DNA of 64,000 nucleotides from Gammaproteobacteria bacterium (GTDB lineage: Bacteria; Pseudomonadota; Gammaproteobacteria; GCA-001735895): the NCBI GenBank assembly GCA_050298595.1, contig JBNKUM010000100.1, positions 124,237 to 188,236 on the forward strand, written 5' to 3'. The notes under the pieces are model-generated. The model was not told where the DNA came from, did not search any database, and saw nothing but the letters and a program-made list of their open reading frames with translations. Position 1 is the first letter of the stretch. The number at the start of each line of letters is the position of its first letter. Below, piece by piece: positions 8,910 through 18,811 of this stretch. A program made the position numbers and the translations under genes.

Positions 8910-10461
8910 GTTTTATCTCCGTGATATTCGGATTAGGGTCATACTTTTTATAAAAATCAGATATCCATTGCTGCAGGTGTACTACTTCACTCTCGTTGAG
9001 TCTTAAACCTTTTTTACTGCGGCGCCATAAAATATCATCGCTATGATAAGCCCATTCATGGCGCATTAAAAAAATCACCTCGCATTCATATAGTCCACCA
9101 CCAAAATATTCACCCAGGTCCTGCGGTTGTTGGCAGGATTGAAGAATGGTGTCGATATCAGTGCCGTAGTTGCGGCAGTAGTCGGTCACAATAGTCTGAT
9201 CCAGCCAGTTGTATCTGATTTTAGCCTGTGTCAGGAATTTATCGAAATCAGCCTGCTCAATATTTCCACCGGGCAGGGTGCTGAGTGCAGTCCAGGCTGG
9301 TTGTGTAATGTCCAGTGGTTGCTGCAGCAGGTCGAGTACCTGTTCAGAAAGTTTACGGTAGGTAGTCACCTTACCGCCATAAACCGAGACTACCGGAGCA
9401 CCATTCAAATCCAGATCCAGCTCGTAGTCTCGGGTGACCTTGCTCGCATTATCGCTGGCGTCATCAAACAGTGGCCGAACGCCAGAATAACTCCATACTA
9501 CCTGATCAGCTGTGACAGGTGTTTTGGTGTATTGACTAACGGCCTGACAGATATAGTCGATTTCCTGCGTATCAATTTTTACGTTATTCAGGTCGCCCTG
9601 AAAGTCATGATCGGTAGTACCTAACAGGGTAAATTCGTTTTCAAAGGGAATGGCAAAAAGAATACGGCCATCCTGATTTTGAAAGATGTAGGGATACTTA
9701 TGATCAAACAGTTTTTTAACAATTATATGACTGCCTTTTACCAGTCTTACCGAGCGCGCTCTGGTCGATTTATTATAAAGGCCAAGTGTGTTATCTACCC
9801 AGGGACCAGCGGCATTCACTATTGCTCGACAGTTAACGGTTTGCTGTGTTGCGCTATGTTTATCGATTAGCGTGGCAGTCCAGTGATCGGCATGGCGCTG
9901 CAGGTCGATGCATTCGGTATGCGTAAGTATATTGGCTCCTCGCTCAGAGGCATCGCGTGCGTTCAGTACCACCAGTCGTGCATCCTGTACCCAGCAGTCG
10001 GAGTATTCAAAAGCACGGGTGAATTCTGCTTTGAGAAAATCACCGGCAACATGTTTATTCAGATTTACACTATTGGATACGGGCAGCTTTTTTCTGCCAC
10101 CAATATAATCGTATAGAAACAGTCCCAGGCGTAACATCCAACGCGGTCTTAAGCCGGTATGATGCGGCAGTATAAAACGCAGTGGCCAGATGATATGTGG
10201 CGCGCTATGCAACAGGACTTCACGTTCCTGCAAGGAGTGGCGTACCAGTAAAAAGTCGTAGTGTTCGAGGTAGCGCAGGCCGCCATGAATTAACTTTGTA
10301 CTGGCCGATGAAGTGTGCGCCGCCAGATCATCTTTTTCGCATAGCGTTACTTTCAGGCCGCGTCCGGCTGCATCTCGAGCGATACCGCAACCATTAATAC
10401 CGCCGCCAATGACCAGTAGGTCAATAAGCTCATTTTCAGCACTTTTGTTACGAGTGAGCAT
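8890..10461 (-). CDS. glpD: Aerobic glycerol-3-phosphate dehydrogenase
   Basis: GGGINGCGIARDAAGRG, TSSASTKLIHGGLRYLE, SGVRPL, GGKVTTYR. Confidence 0.95.
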   Translation of the reverse strand: MLTRNKSAENELIDLLVIGGGINGCGIARDAAGRGLKVTLCEKDDLAAHTSSASTKLIHGGLRYLEHYDFLLVRHSLQEREVLLHSAPHIIWPLRFILPHHTGLRPRWMLRLGLFLYDYIGGRKKLPVSNSVNLNKHVAGDFLKAEFTRAFEYSDCWVQDARLVVLNARDASERGANILTHTECIDLQRHADHWTATLIDKHSATQQTVNCRAIVNAAGPWVDNTLGLYNKSTRARSVRLVKGSHIIVKKLFDHKYPYIFQNQDGRILFAIPFENEFTLLGTTDHDFQGDLNNVKIDTQEIDYICQAVSQYTKTPVTADQVVWSYSGVRPLFDDASDNASKVTRDYELDLDLNGAPVVSVYGGKVTTYRKLSEQVLDLLQQPLDITQPAWTALSTLPGGNIEQADFDKFLTQAKIRYNWLDQTIVTDYCRNYGTDIDTILQSCQQPQDLGEYFGGGLYECEVIFLMRHEWAYHSDDILWRRSKKGLRLNESEVVHLQQWISDFYKKYDPNPNITEIKHERINS

Positions 10462-10482
10462 TGATGTTCATCCCTGTTTGGG

Positions 10483-10767
10483 TTAAACCCATTTAAAAAC
10501 AAAAAAGCTATAAAAAACCGAAATGATGACGGCACCCCATAGCGGCGTGCTAAATGCAGCTAGCCATCCAAGAGAGATGAAAATACTGCCGAGTATAGAG
10601 ATGAATAAACGATCTCCTCGAGTAGTATCAAGACCCAGAATGCCGTTGCGCGGATTACCACCGGGTGAATAATGCTCCCATACTGCCATTACTAGAAGGC
10701 AGAACAGGATGAATAGAAAAAAAGCTGCTGTCGGCCAGGTCCAGGCCATCCAGGATAAATCTAACAT
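10483..10767 (-). CDS. DUF2160 small membrane protein of glycerol ABC operons (GlpU-like)
   Basis: WMAWTWPTAAFF, R.G.L..DTTRGDRLFIS. Confidence 0.88.
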   Translation of the reverse strand: MLDLSWMAWTWPTAAFFLFILFCLLVMAVWEHYSPGGNPRNGILGLDTTRGDRLFISILGSIFISLGWLAAFSTPLWGAVIISVFYSFFVFKWV

Positions 10768-10789
10768 ATCGATATCTCCATGTTCATAC

Positions 10790-11590
10790 TTACACTCGAC
10801 CCAGGGCAAAGCCTTTGGCGATATGGTTGCGTACAAAATAAATAACAAACGCGCCTGGTATGATGGTCAGGGCGCCAGCTGCAGCAAGCAGGCCAAGCTC
10901 ATAGCCTGAGGTGCTTGCGGTACGTGTCATGGTTGCGGCGATGGGTTTGGCATATACCGAGGTCAGGGTCTTAGCCAGCAGTAATTCTACCCATGAATAC
11001 ATGAAGCAGAAAAAGGCTGTGACCCCAATACCAGAGGCAACGGTCGGGATAAATATCTTGGTAAAGAAATGAGGAAAGGAGTATCCATCCAGAAAAGCCG
11101 TTTCATCAAGCTCTTTGGGTACACCAGACATAAAACCTTCCAGTATCCAGACTGCCAACGGAATGTTAAACAGACAGTGTGCGAGCGCCACAGCTATATG
11201 TGTATCGAACAGGCCGACGGCTGAATACAGCTGAAAAAATGGCAGAGCGAATACCGCAGCCGGGGCCATACGGTTGGTTAGCAGCCAGAAGAATAAATGC
11301 TTGTCACCCAGGAAATGATAGCGTGAAAAAGCATAGGCAGCAGGTAGCGCGACAATGACAGAAATGACTGTATTCATCGCTACATAGGTAATGGAATTAA
11401 AATAACCGTTATACCAGGTAGAATCGGTAAATATGGTTTTATAATTCTCCAGTGTAAATTCAATGGGCCAGAGTGAAAACGTGCCCAGTATTTCATTGGT
11501 GGTTTTAAAAGACATATTAATCAGCCAGTAGATAGGCAGCATCAGAAATATGATATAAAGAGTCGGTAACAGATATTTATATCTCAACAT
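10790..11590 (-). CDS. Glycerol ABC transporter permease (GlpQ-like)
   Basis: CUT1 permease with ELDETAFLDG EAA loop. Confidence 0.92.
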   Translation of the reverse strand: MLRYKYLLPTLYIIFLMLPIYWLINMSFKTTNEILGTFSLWPIEFTLENYKTIFTDSTWYNGYFNSITYVAMNTVISVIVALPAAYAFSRYHFLGDKHLFFWLLTNRMAPAAVFALPFFQLYSAVGLFDTHIAVALAHCLFNIPLAVWILEGFMSGVPKELDETAFLDGYSFPHFFTKIFIPTVASGIGVTAFFCFMYSWVELLLAKTLTSVYAKPIAATMTRTASTSGYELGLLAAAGALTIIPGAFVIYFVRNHIAKGFALGRV

Positions 11591-11592
11591 GA

Positions 11593-12456
11593 TTAATCCT
11601 CATTTCGCATCATCAGGGTATAGAACACCCAGCTAACCAGTAGCACGACAAAAAAGTAGATCAACGACATAGCCGCTGCAGGCCCAAGGTCGAACTGACC
11701 CAGAGCGATCTTGACCAGATCGATAGACAGGAAAGTGGTGGTGTTGCCGGGACCGCCTCCGGTCAATACAAAGGGTTCGGTATAGATGTTAAAGCTGTCC
11801 ATAAAACGCAGCAGTATGGCGATGGTAAGTACGCGTTTCATTTTGGGTAACTGAATACGCCAGAACACGGCCCAGTGGCTGGCACCGTCTATTTTTGCAG
11901 CCTGGTAATAGGCATCTGGAATCGAACATAGACCTGCGTAGGCCAGCAGTACTACCAGAGAGGTCCAGTGCCAGACATCCATCACAATGGTGGTTATCCA
12001 GGCTGAGGTAGGTTGCTGGGTATAGTCATAATCGATACCAATGGCATTGATGCTATGACCCAGTAAACCGATATCGGGCAGCGCAAAGATATTCCACATC
12101 GCGCCCACTACATTCCAGGGAATTAACAGGGGCAGAGCCATTAATACCAGGCATACCGACACCCAGGGCCCTTTGCGGGGCATGGCCAGCGCGACAGCAA
12201 TACCTAGTGGTATTTCTATCAGTAGAATGGTTCCGGTAAATGCTAGCTGGCGCATAAAGGACTCATGGAAACGCGAAGAATGCAGAACGTTTTCAAACCA
12301 CTTCACCCCTTCCCAGAAAAACAGGTTATCGCCAAAGGTTTCCTGCACCGAGTAATTCACAACCGTCATTAGCGGTATCAGGGCGTTGAATGCAACAAGC
12401 GCGACCACTGGTATAACGAAGAGCCAGCCTTTTTGATTGATACTTTTAGTTATCAT
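11593..12456 (-). CDS. Glycerol ABC transporter permease (GlpP-like)
   Basis: YYQAAKIDGAS EAA loop; LTGGGPG. Confidence 0.92.
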   Translation of the reverse strand: MITKSINQKGWLFVIPVVALVAFNALIPLMTVVNYSVQETFGDNLFFWEGVKWFENVLHSSRFHESFMRQLAFTGTILLIEIPLGIAVALAMPRKGPWVSVCLVLMALPLLIPWNVVGAMWNIFALPDIGLLGHSINAIGIDYDYTQQPTSAWITTIVMDVWHWTSLVVLLAYAGLCSIPDAYYQAAKIDGASHWAVFWRIQLPKMKRVLTIAILLRFMDSFNIYTEPFVLTGGGPGNTTTFLSIDLVKIALGQFDLGPAAAMSLIYFFVVLLVSWVFYTLMMRNED

Positions 12457-12468
12457 TTTATTTATTCC

Positions 12469-13560
12469 TCAATTGACTACCCAGCTATCGGCATACAGGC
12501 GGGTTTTATCCGGGTCAAAGATAATGCGCGGACTTTCCGAAGGTATGCTCTGGTCTTCAGGAGATACTATGTGAATCACATGTTCGTTATGTTTTGTTTC
12601 TACGATACGGTATCGACCAAGGTCGCTTACCTTAGTGATTTCTACAGGAATTGACGGGGTTTCAGATGTGGACTGGTGGTTTTGATCAAAACGAATGAAT
12701 TCAGGTCTGACCCCTATTTCCAGTTTTCCATTAATTTTGTTTGGCTCGGCGTTAGATGCTGTTTTTATCTTGATACCAGAAAAGCCGATTTCGCCACCTA
12801 ACTTATCAGCAGGCAGAATGTTCATACCGGGTGATCCGATAAAATGCCCCACGAAAGTGTGTCTGGGGTGTTCAAATAACTCTACCGGGGTGCCAATCTG
12901 AACCACCAGGCCATCGTGCATCACCACAACTCTATCTGCGAAGGTAAGCGCTTCGGTTTGATCATGGGTTACATAGATCATGGTAATGCCCAGACGCTGG
13001 TGTAGCTCCTTTAGCTTGGAGCGGAGTTTCCATTTCAGGTGAGGGTCGATAACAGTTAGTGGTTCATCGAACATAATGGCGCTAACATCATTACGAACCA
13101 ATCCGCGTCCGAGAGATATTTTCTGTTTACCATCGGCGGTCAAACGGGAGGCACGACTTTTCAGTGAGTCTTCCAGTTCCAGCATTTGTGCGATCTCATG
13201 CACTCTTTTCCTGATATCTTCTTCTGCAAAGCCGCGATTGCGTAATGGGAAGGCGAGATTGTCATACACCGTCATGGTGTCGTATACCACAGGAAACTGG
13301 AATACCTGAGCAATATTCCTGTCGCTTGTGGACATTTGGGTAACATCTTTATCATCGAACAGGATCTTGCCTTCAGACGGGGTAAGTAATCCTGAAATAA
13401 TATTCAGTAATGTGGTTTTGCCGCAGCCCGAAGGACCAAGCAATGCGTAAGAGCCGCCATCTTCCCACACTGTATCAATTTCTTTTAGAGCATAGTCCTC
13501 ACTACTAACCGGGTTTGGAGTGTAGCTATGCCTTAATTGCTGTAACTTAATCTGAGCCAT
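12469..13560 (-). CDS. Glycerol ABC transporter ATPase (Rhizobium GlpT-like)
   Basis: GPSGCGKTT; atypical signature LTADGKQKISLGR; FDEPL; VTHDQ. Confidence 0.93.
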   Translation of the reverse strand: MAQIKLQQLRHSYTPNPVSSEDYALKEIDTVWEDGGSYALLGPSGCGKTTLLNIISGLLTPSEGKILFDDKDVTQMSTSDRNIAQVFQFPVVYDTMTVYDNLAFPLRNRGFAEEDIRKRVHEIAQMLELEDSLKSRASRLTADGKQKISLGRGLVRNDVSAIMFDEPLTVIDPHLKWKLRSKLKELHQRLGITMIYVTHDQTEALTFADRVVVMHDGLVVQIGTPVELFEHPRHTFVGHFIGSPGMNILPADKLGGEIGFSGIKIKTASNAEPNKINGKLEIGVRPEFIRFDQNHQSTSETPSIPVEITKVSDLGRYRIVETKHNEHVIHIVSPEDQSIPSESPRIIFDPDKTRLYADSWVVN

Positions 13561-13564
13561 AGTG

Positions 13565-14632
13565 TTAATTCCTGATGAGATCACCCTGCTCATCAAACAG
13601 CAGGCATTGATCAAGGTTGAGGTAGAGGTCTATGCTTTCCCCGACTTTATGGGGATGTACACCATGCGATTCGGATACCCAGCTCTCATCTCCAAACTCG
13701 ATGTGGATAACAGAATCAGACCCACTGATTTCAGTAACCTTTACTGTACCTTTTACAGCAACCGAATCAGCTTGAGTGCTATAGGGCGTTAAGTGGTGTG
13801 GACGTACGCCGAGAATATAATTGCCATCGGCCAGATGGCTGAATCTTTTTTCCACTTTGCAGCAGCCCACGCCCTGAATGCTTAACTCGTCCCCTTTTTT
13901 ACTGATGGTCGTTGTGTTTATCGGTGGGTGCGAAAATACAGTTGCACTGGTGAGATTGTTCGGTTTGTGATAAATCTCTGCAGTTTCGCCATACTGAATT
14001 ACGCGGCCTTCATTTAATGTTGCAGTATGTCCACCGAGTAACAGGGCTTCCATCGGTTCGCTGGTGGCATACACTACGGTCGCCCCGGAACCTGCAAATA
14101 GTTTGGGTAATTCATCGCGCAATTCCTCACGCAGCTTGTAATCCAGGTTGGCCAGGGGCTCATCCAGCAATACCAGCTCCGCATTTTTTACCAGTGCGCG
14201 CGCCAATGCGGTACGTTGCTGTTGTCCGCCGGATATTTCTGAGGGCATGCGGTTTAGCATAGGGGTAAGCTTGAGCAACTCTGCAATCGATTCGACGCGT
14301 TGTTTGATTTCGGCTTTTGGTACTCCGGCTACTTTTAGCGGTGAGGCGATATTGTCGTAAACTGTGTAGCTGGGGTAATTGACAAAGGCCTGATAAACCA
14401 TTGCTACACTACGTTTCTGCACGGCTACACCGGTTACATTCTGGTCATTGAACCAGATTTCGCCGGAAGATGGTTTTTCAAGGCCTGCCATCAGGCGCAT
14501 TAAAGTAGTTTTTCCTGAAAGGGTGGTGCCGAGTAAAACATTGAACCCCCCTTTGGATAATTTTAAATCGGTAGTGTAGATATGCGTCTCAGCATCTACT
14601 TTTTTGACTACCCCTTTTAATTCAATACCCAT
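13565..14632 (-). CDS. Glycerol ABC transporter ATPase (GlpS-like)
   Basis: GTTLSGKTT, ISGGQQQR, LLDEPL. Confidence 0.93.
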   Translation of the reverse strand: MGIELKGVVKKVDAETHIYTTDLKLSKGGFNVLLGTTLSGKTTLMRLMAGLEKPSSGEIWFNDQNVTGVAVQKRSVAMVYQAFVNYPSYTVYDNIASPLKVAGVPKAEIKQRVESIAELLKLTPMLNRMPSEISGGQQQRTALARALVKNAELVLLDEPLANLDYKLREELRDELPKLFAGSGATVVYATSEPMEALLLGGHTATLNEGRVIQYGETAEIYHKPNNLTSATVFSHPPINTTTISKKGDELSIQGVGCCKVEKRFSHLADGNYILGVRPHHLTPYSTQADSVAVKGTVKVTEISGSDSVIHIEFGDESWVSESHGVHPHKVGESIDLYLNLDQCLLFDEQGDLIRN

Positions 14633-14644
14633 TTCTCATTCTCA

Positions 14645-15430
14645 TTATGGTGTCGCGATTTTTACCGTGACATCGTTAGCTTTGCAGACTTGCATAAATT
14701 TCTCTGGTGGCTGGAAGTCTGATACAAAATACTGAATATCGGCGATGTTACACACTCGAATGGGCGCTTTACGACTGAATTTAAGTTCGTCAGCTACCAG
14801 AATGACCGAGCGCGAATTTCTGATAATCGCCTGTGTGACACAGACTTCACGCATATCAAAATCGAGTATGGCGCCGTCTTCTTCTATGGCAGAAATGCCT
14901 ATCACCGCATAGTCCAGTTTGAACTGGTCGATGAAGCGGTTGGCTGACTCACCCACGATACCGCCATCTTCACGCCGCACAATGCCACCAGCGGTCATCA
15001 CGTCGATGCTTTTGCATCTGCGTAAAATATTCACAATGTTTATATTGTTGGTAATCACCAGCAGGCCCAGATGCTCCAGCAGCTGTTCAGCTACCTGTTC
15101 GGTGGTGGTGCCGATATTGATAAACAATGAAGAGTCATTTGGTATCAGTTCGGCAGCGCATTTTCCGATAGAGCGTTTGCTCTCTGTGGCCATTTGCTTG
15201 CGCGCTTCGTAACCTAGATTTTCAATACCATCGGTAGCAATCGCTCCGCCATGCACGCGTTGTAGTAAACGCAGGCGGCATAACTCGCTGAGGTCACGTC
15301 GAATGGTTTGCGGCGTGACATTTAATGACTCGGCTAGAGAATCGACCATGACTCTGCCCTGCATTCTGGCGATATCCAGAATACCCTGTTGGCGGTCATT
15401 AAGGTTCGAGTTTCTCGATAGTTCTTGCAT
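14645..15430 (-). CDS. glpR: DeoR/GlpR-family repressor
   Basis: VTPQTIRRDL, RVHGGA, INIGTTTE; located inside the glycerol operon. Confidence 0.9.
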   Translation of the reverse strand: MQELSRNSNLNDRQQGILDIARMQGRVMVDSLAESLNVTPQTIRRDLSELCRLRLLQRVHGGAIATDGIENLGYEARKQMATESKRSIGKCAAELIPNDSSLFINIGTTTEQVAEQLLEHLGLLVITNNINIVNILRRCKSIDVMTAGGIVRREDGGIVGESANRFIDQFKLDYAVIGISAIEEDGAILDFDMREVCVTQAIIRNSRSVILVADELKFSRKAPIRVCNIADIQYFVSDFQPPEKFMQVCKANDVTVKIATP

Positions 15431-15477
15431 AGTATGGTTTTGAAAGTTAGTTGTAGCAGAAAAGGGTGAAGCAGGGT

Positions 15478-15507
15478 TTGCTGAGGCACCAGTTGGTACC
15501 TCAGCAA
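15478..15507 (-). terminator. Intercistronic stem-loop after the binding-protein gene
   Basis: TTGCTGAGG-CACC-AGTT-GGTA-CCTCAGCAA. Confidence 0.55.
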
Positions 15508-15527
15508 GTATTACCACAAAGACTGGC

Positions 15528-17261
15528 TTAGCTTTTGTTCCAGCGTTTTATCAGTTCATCGTAGTTGATAGTTTCTCCTTTTGGCTTTTCATTGGAGAGC
15601 TTGGCTTTGGGTGATCCCGGCTTGTTCAGCCAGTAGTTGGGATCTTTAGGCTTGTTCAAACGTGGACCACATCCACCGTAAACATTGGCTTTTTCATCAG
15701 CCGCCTGCATACGTGCCATAACGTTATCCATTTCTCCAGCCAGACGATCCATAGCCTGTTGCGGAGTAAATACACCGGAGTTTACGTCACCGATTTGCTG
15801 CCACCAGATCTGAGCCAGCTTGGGATAGTCGGGTACGTTGATACCAGTTGGTGACCACAGTACACGATCAGGTGAACGGTAGAATTCAACCAGACCACCC
15901 AGCTTGGGCGCACGTTCGGTGAATGATTTATCGTTAACCGTTGAGTTACGAATAAAGGTCAGGCCAACATGGCTTTTCTTGACGTCAAGGGTTTTAGAAA
16001 CCACGAACTGTGCGTATAACCAGGCTGCTTTACGGCGATCAACTGGTGTGGACTTGAACAGTGTCCAGGATCCTGCATCCTGATAACCCAGTTTCTGGCC
16101 GCTTTCCCAGTAGGGACCGTGTGGAGAAGGTGCCATACGCCACAGTGGTTTACCCGCATCATCAACGGTATTGTTACCTTCAGATTTGGGGGCAACCATA
16201 GATGCGGTAAACGCGGTATACCAGAAGATCTGCTGTGCAACATTACCCTGAGACAATGCAGGCAGAGACTGGTAGAAGTCATAGCTGGCAGCGCCTGGAG
16301 GTGCGTATTTGCGTAACCATTTGTCCCATTTATCGATCGCATAAACCGCTGCAGGGCCGTTTGCCGCACCACCACGGGTTACGGATGCACCTACCGGATT
16401 ACAGCTGCCTGCTTCCATACGAATGCCCCATTCATCGACTGGGATACCGTTAGGTAGGCCCTTGGATCCTGCACCAGCCATAGATAACCAGGCATCTGTC
16501 ATACGCCAGCCCAGGTCGGGAGCACGCTTTCCATAGTCCATATGACCATACACGCGAGTACCATCGATCTCTTTCACGTCGTTAGTGAAGAATTCAGCGA
16601 TATCCTCGTATGCAGACCAATTCACGGGAACACCCAGGTCATAACCATATTTGGCCTTGAACTTTTTCTTCAGGTCTGGACGATCGAACCAGTCTTTGCG
16701 AAACCAGTACAGGTTAGCGAATTGCTGGTCAGGTAGTTGATAAAGCTTGCCATCAGGCCCAGTAGTGAAGGATTTACCGATGAAATCATTGATATCCAGA
16801 TTAGGATTAGTGACATCTTTACCTTCGCCAGCCATCCAGTCGGTCAGGTTGACCGCGAGTTGTAGACGCGAATGGGTGCCGATCAGATCAGAGTCGTTGA
16901 TATACGCATCGTACAGATTACGTTTGGTTTGCATCTGAGTCTGTACCGCCTGAACCACTTCGCCTTCACCCAGTAGCTGGTGATTGACCTTGATTCCGGT
17001 GATCTCTTCAAATGCCTTGGTTAGTGTTTTAGATTCATATTCATGGGTGGGGATGGTTTCAGACAGGACATTAATCTCCATGCCCTTGAATGGTTTAGCA
17101 GCGTTGATAAACCATTGCATTTCTTTCATTTGCTCTGCTTTAGACAGAGATGAGGGTTGAAATTCAGAATCAATCCACTGCTTAGCCTTGGACATATCGG
17201 CTGAAACCGCAGATTGAAAAGCCAGTATGGCGACGCCCATAGCGATGGGTAATCGTTTCAT
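15528..17261 (-). CDS. Glycerol ABC transporter substrate-binding protein (GlpV-like)
   Basis: Signal peptide; WID.EFQPSSL, SETIPTHEYES, QLPDQQFANLYWFR; strong AGGAGG RBS. Confidence 0.93.
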   Translation of the reverse strand: MKRLPIAMGVAILAFQSAVSADMSKAKQWIDSEFQPSSLSKAEQMKEMQWFINAAKPFKGMEINVLSETIPTHEYESKTLTKAFEEITGIKVNHQLLGEGEVVQAVQTQMQTKRNLYDAYINDSDLIGTHSRLQLAVNLTDWMAGEGKDVTNPNLDINDFIGKSFTTGPDGKLYQLPDQQFANLYWFRKDWFDRPDLKKKFKAKYGYDLGVPVNWSAYEDIAEFFTNDVKEIDGTRVYGHMDYGKRAPDLGWRMTDAWLSMAGAGSKGLPNGIPVDEWGIRMEAGSCNPVGASVTRGGAANGPAAVYAIDKWDKWLRKYAPPGAASYDFYQSLPALSQGNVAQQIFWYTAFTASMVAPKSEGNNTVDDAGKPLWRMAPSPHGPYWESGQKLGYQDAGSWTLFKSTPVDRRKAAWLYAQFVVSKTLDVKKSHVGLTFIRNSTVNDKSFTERAPKLGGLVEFYRSPDRVLWSPTGINVPDYPKLAQIWWQQIGDVNSGVFTPQQAMDRLAGEMDNVMARMQAADEKANVYGGCGPRLNKPKDPNYWLNKPGSPKAKLSNEKPKGETINYDELIKRWNKS

Positions 17262-17471
17262 TATCACTTTGTTCCTCCTACTTACTATTTGTGTTGTATG
17301 TTGAGAGGTAGAGATATTACTCAATAAATTTTCGCTTGCAAGAAATAAAATATTCGAATGAAAAAAAATATTATAAAAAAGGAAAATAAACTCAGAAATA
17401 TGGCCATGGGACGCTATAAATGATGTAATATTTGTAGCAAGAAATTCATTTCCCTACTGTTTTGGGGGTTA

Positions 17472-17501
17472 AAATGTTCGTTTTCTCGCTGTAAACGAAC
17501 A
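17472..17501. promoter_or_regulatory. Putative GlpR operator
   Basis: TGTTCGTTT-N9-AAACGAACA; left arm AATGTTCGTT fits the E. coli GlpR half-site WATGTTCGWT. Confidence 0.6.
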
Positions 17502-17512
17502 AGAAAAACCTT

Positions 17513-18811
17513 ATGCGAGATACCCTAATGCTGATTGATTTTATGAGTAAGGCCAGGGAGTTATTACCCAAAGGGGCTAATTACGATGCCTGTCTGGCCT
17601 GTGGGCTGTGTTCTTCTGGCTGCCCTGCCTCGGGGTTTGATGGCATGGATCCACGTCGTTTTATCCGTATGGCAATGCTGGGCATGAATGAAGAGCTTGC
17701 GACGACACCCTGGGTATGGACCTGTACTCAGTGCCAGCGTTGTGCTCATGTCTGCCCGATGAATATCGATGTATCGGTACTGGTCGGTATCGCACGCGGA
17801 GCCTGGCCGAATGATAAAAAACCCAAAGGTATTATGCGTTCCTGCGAGGCACAGATGCGCTTTGAAGGCACCAGTGCTATGGGGCTACAAACTGAAGACT
17901 TCGTAGAAATCGTCGAAGAAACGGTGGAAGAGATACGCGAGCAATCCCCTCGTTTTAAGGAACTTAAGGCTCCGATGGATAAAAAAGGCGCGTATTTCTT
18001 CGTTAACCAGAATTCGCGTGAACCTGCGACCGAACCCGAAGAACTCGGTCCCTTATGGAAGATATTCGATTATGTCGGCGCAGACTGGACCTATGCCTCT
18101 AAGGGTTGGGCAGCTGAAAACTTCTGTATGTTTACCGGTGATGATGACAAGTGGCGTGCGATGGTCAAACAACGGGTGGATGCGGTAAACGAACTGGGAT
18201 GCAAGGTATGGGTGAATACCGAATGCGGGCATTCCTTTTACACCCTGTGGAAAGGCGTAGAGCGGTTTAAGCTGCAGGCAGATTTTGAACCGGAAAGTCT
18301 GGTAACGTTGTATGCACAATGGATACGCGAAGGTAAACTGCCGGTCAATTCGGACTGGAATAGCAAGGGTATCAAGTTCACCCTGCAGGACCCCTGTCAA
18401 TTGATCCGTAAATCGATAGGTGATTCTGCAGCGGATGACTTGCGGTATATTGCCAACAAACTGGTGGGTGAAGAGAATTTCATCGATATGCAGCCCTGTC
18501 GAAGTGCTAATTACTGTTGTGGTGGCGGAGGCGGTTTTTTACAGGCCGGTATGAATGAACAACGTAGAGCCTACGGCAAGAGAAAATTTGACCAGATCAA
18601 ATCCACTGAAGCGACTTATGTTTTAACACCCTGCCATAACTGTCATTCGCAGATAGAAGATCTTGCTCACCACTACGGCGGGGACTATCACGTGATTCAT
18701 CTATGGACATTAATCTGTCTATCGCTGGGTATTCTGGGTGAAAACGAACGTAAATATCTGGCACCTGATTTAATAGACGTAGCGTTAATGGAGAGTAATC
18801 CAGATGAATAG
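17513..18811 (+). CDS. HdrD/GlpC-like Fe-S protein (2x[4Fe-4S] plus CCG domain)
   Basis: CLACGLCSSGCP, CTQCQRCAHVCP, ECGH, QDPC, CCGGGGG, PCHNC; overlaps glpA start. Confidence 0.85.
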   Translation: MRDTLMLIDFMSKARELLPKGANYDACLACGLCSSGCPASGFDGMDPRRFIRMAMLGMNEELATTPWVWTCTQCQRCAHVCPMNIDVSVLVGIARGAWPNDKKPKGIMRSCEAQMRFEGTSAMGLQTEDFVEIVEETVEEIREQSPRFKELKAPMDKKGAYFFVNQNSREPATEPEELGPLWKIFDYVGADWTYASKGWAAENFCMFTGDDDKWRAMVKQRVDAVNELGCKVWVNTECGHSFYTLWKGVERFKLQADFEPESLVTLYAQWIREGKLPVNSDWNSKGIKFTLQDPCQLIRKSIGDSAADDLRYIANKLVGEENFIDMQPCRSANYCCGGGGGFLQAGMNEQRRAYGKRKFDQIKSTEATYVLTPCHNCHSQIEDLAHHYGGDYHVIHLWTLICLSLGILGENERKYLAPDLIDVALMESNPDE

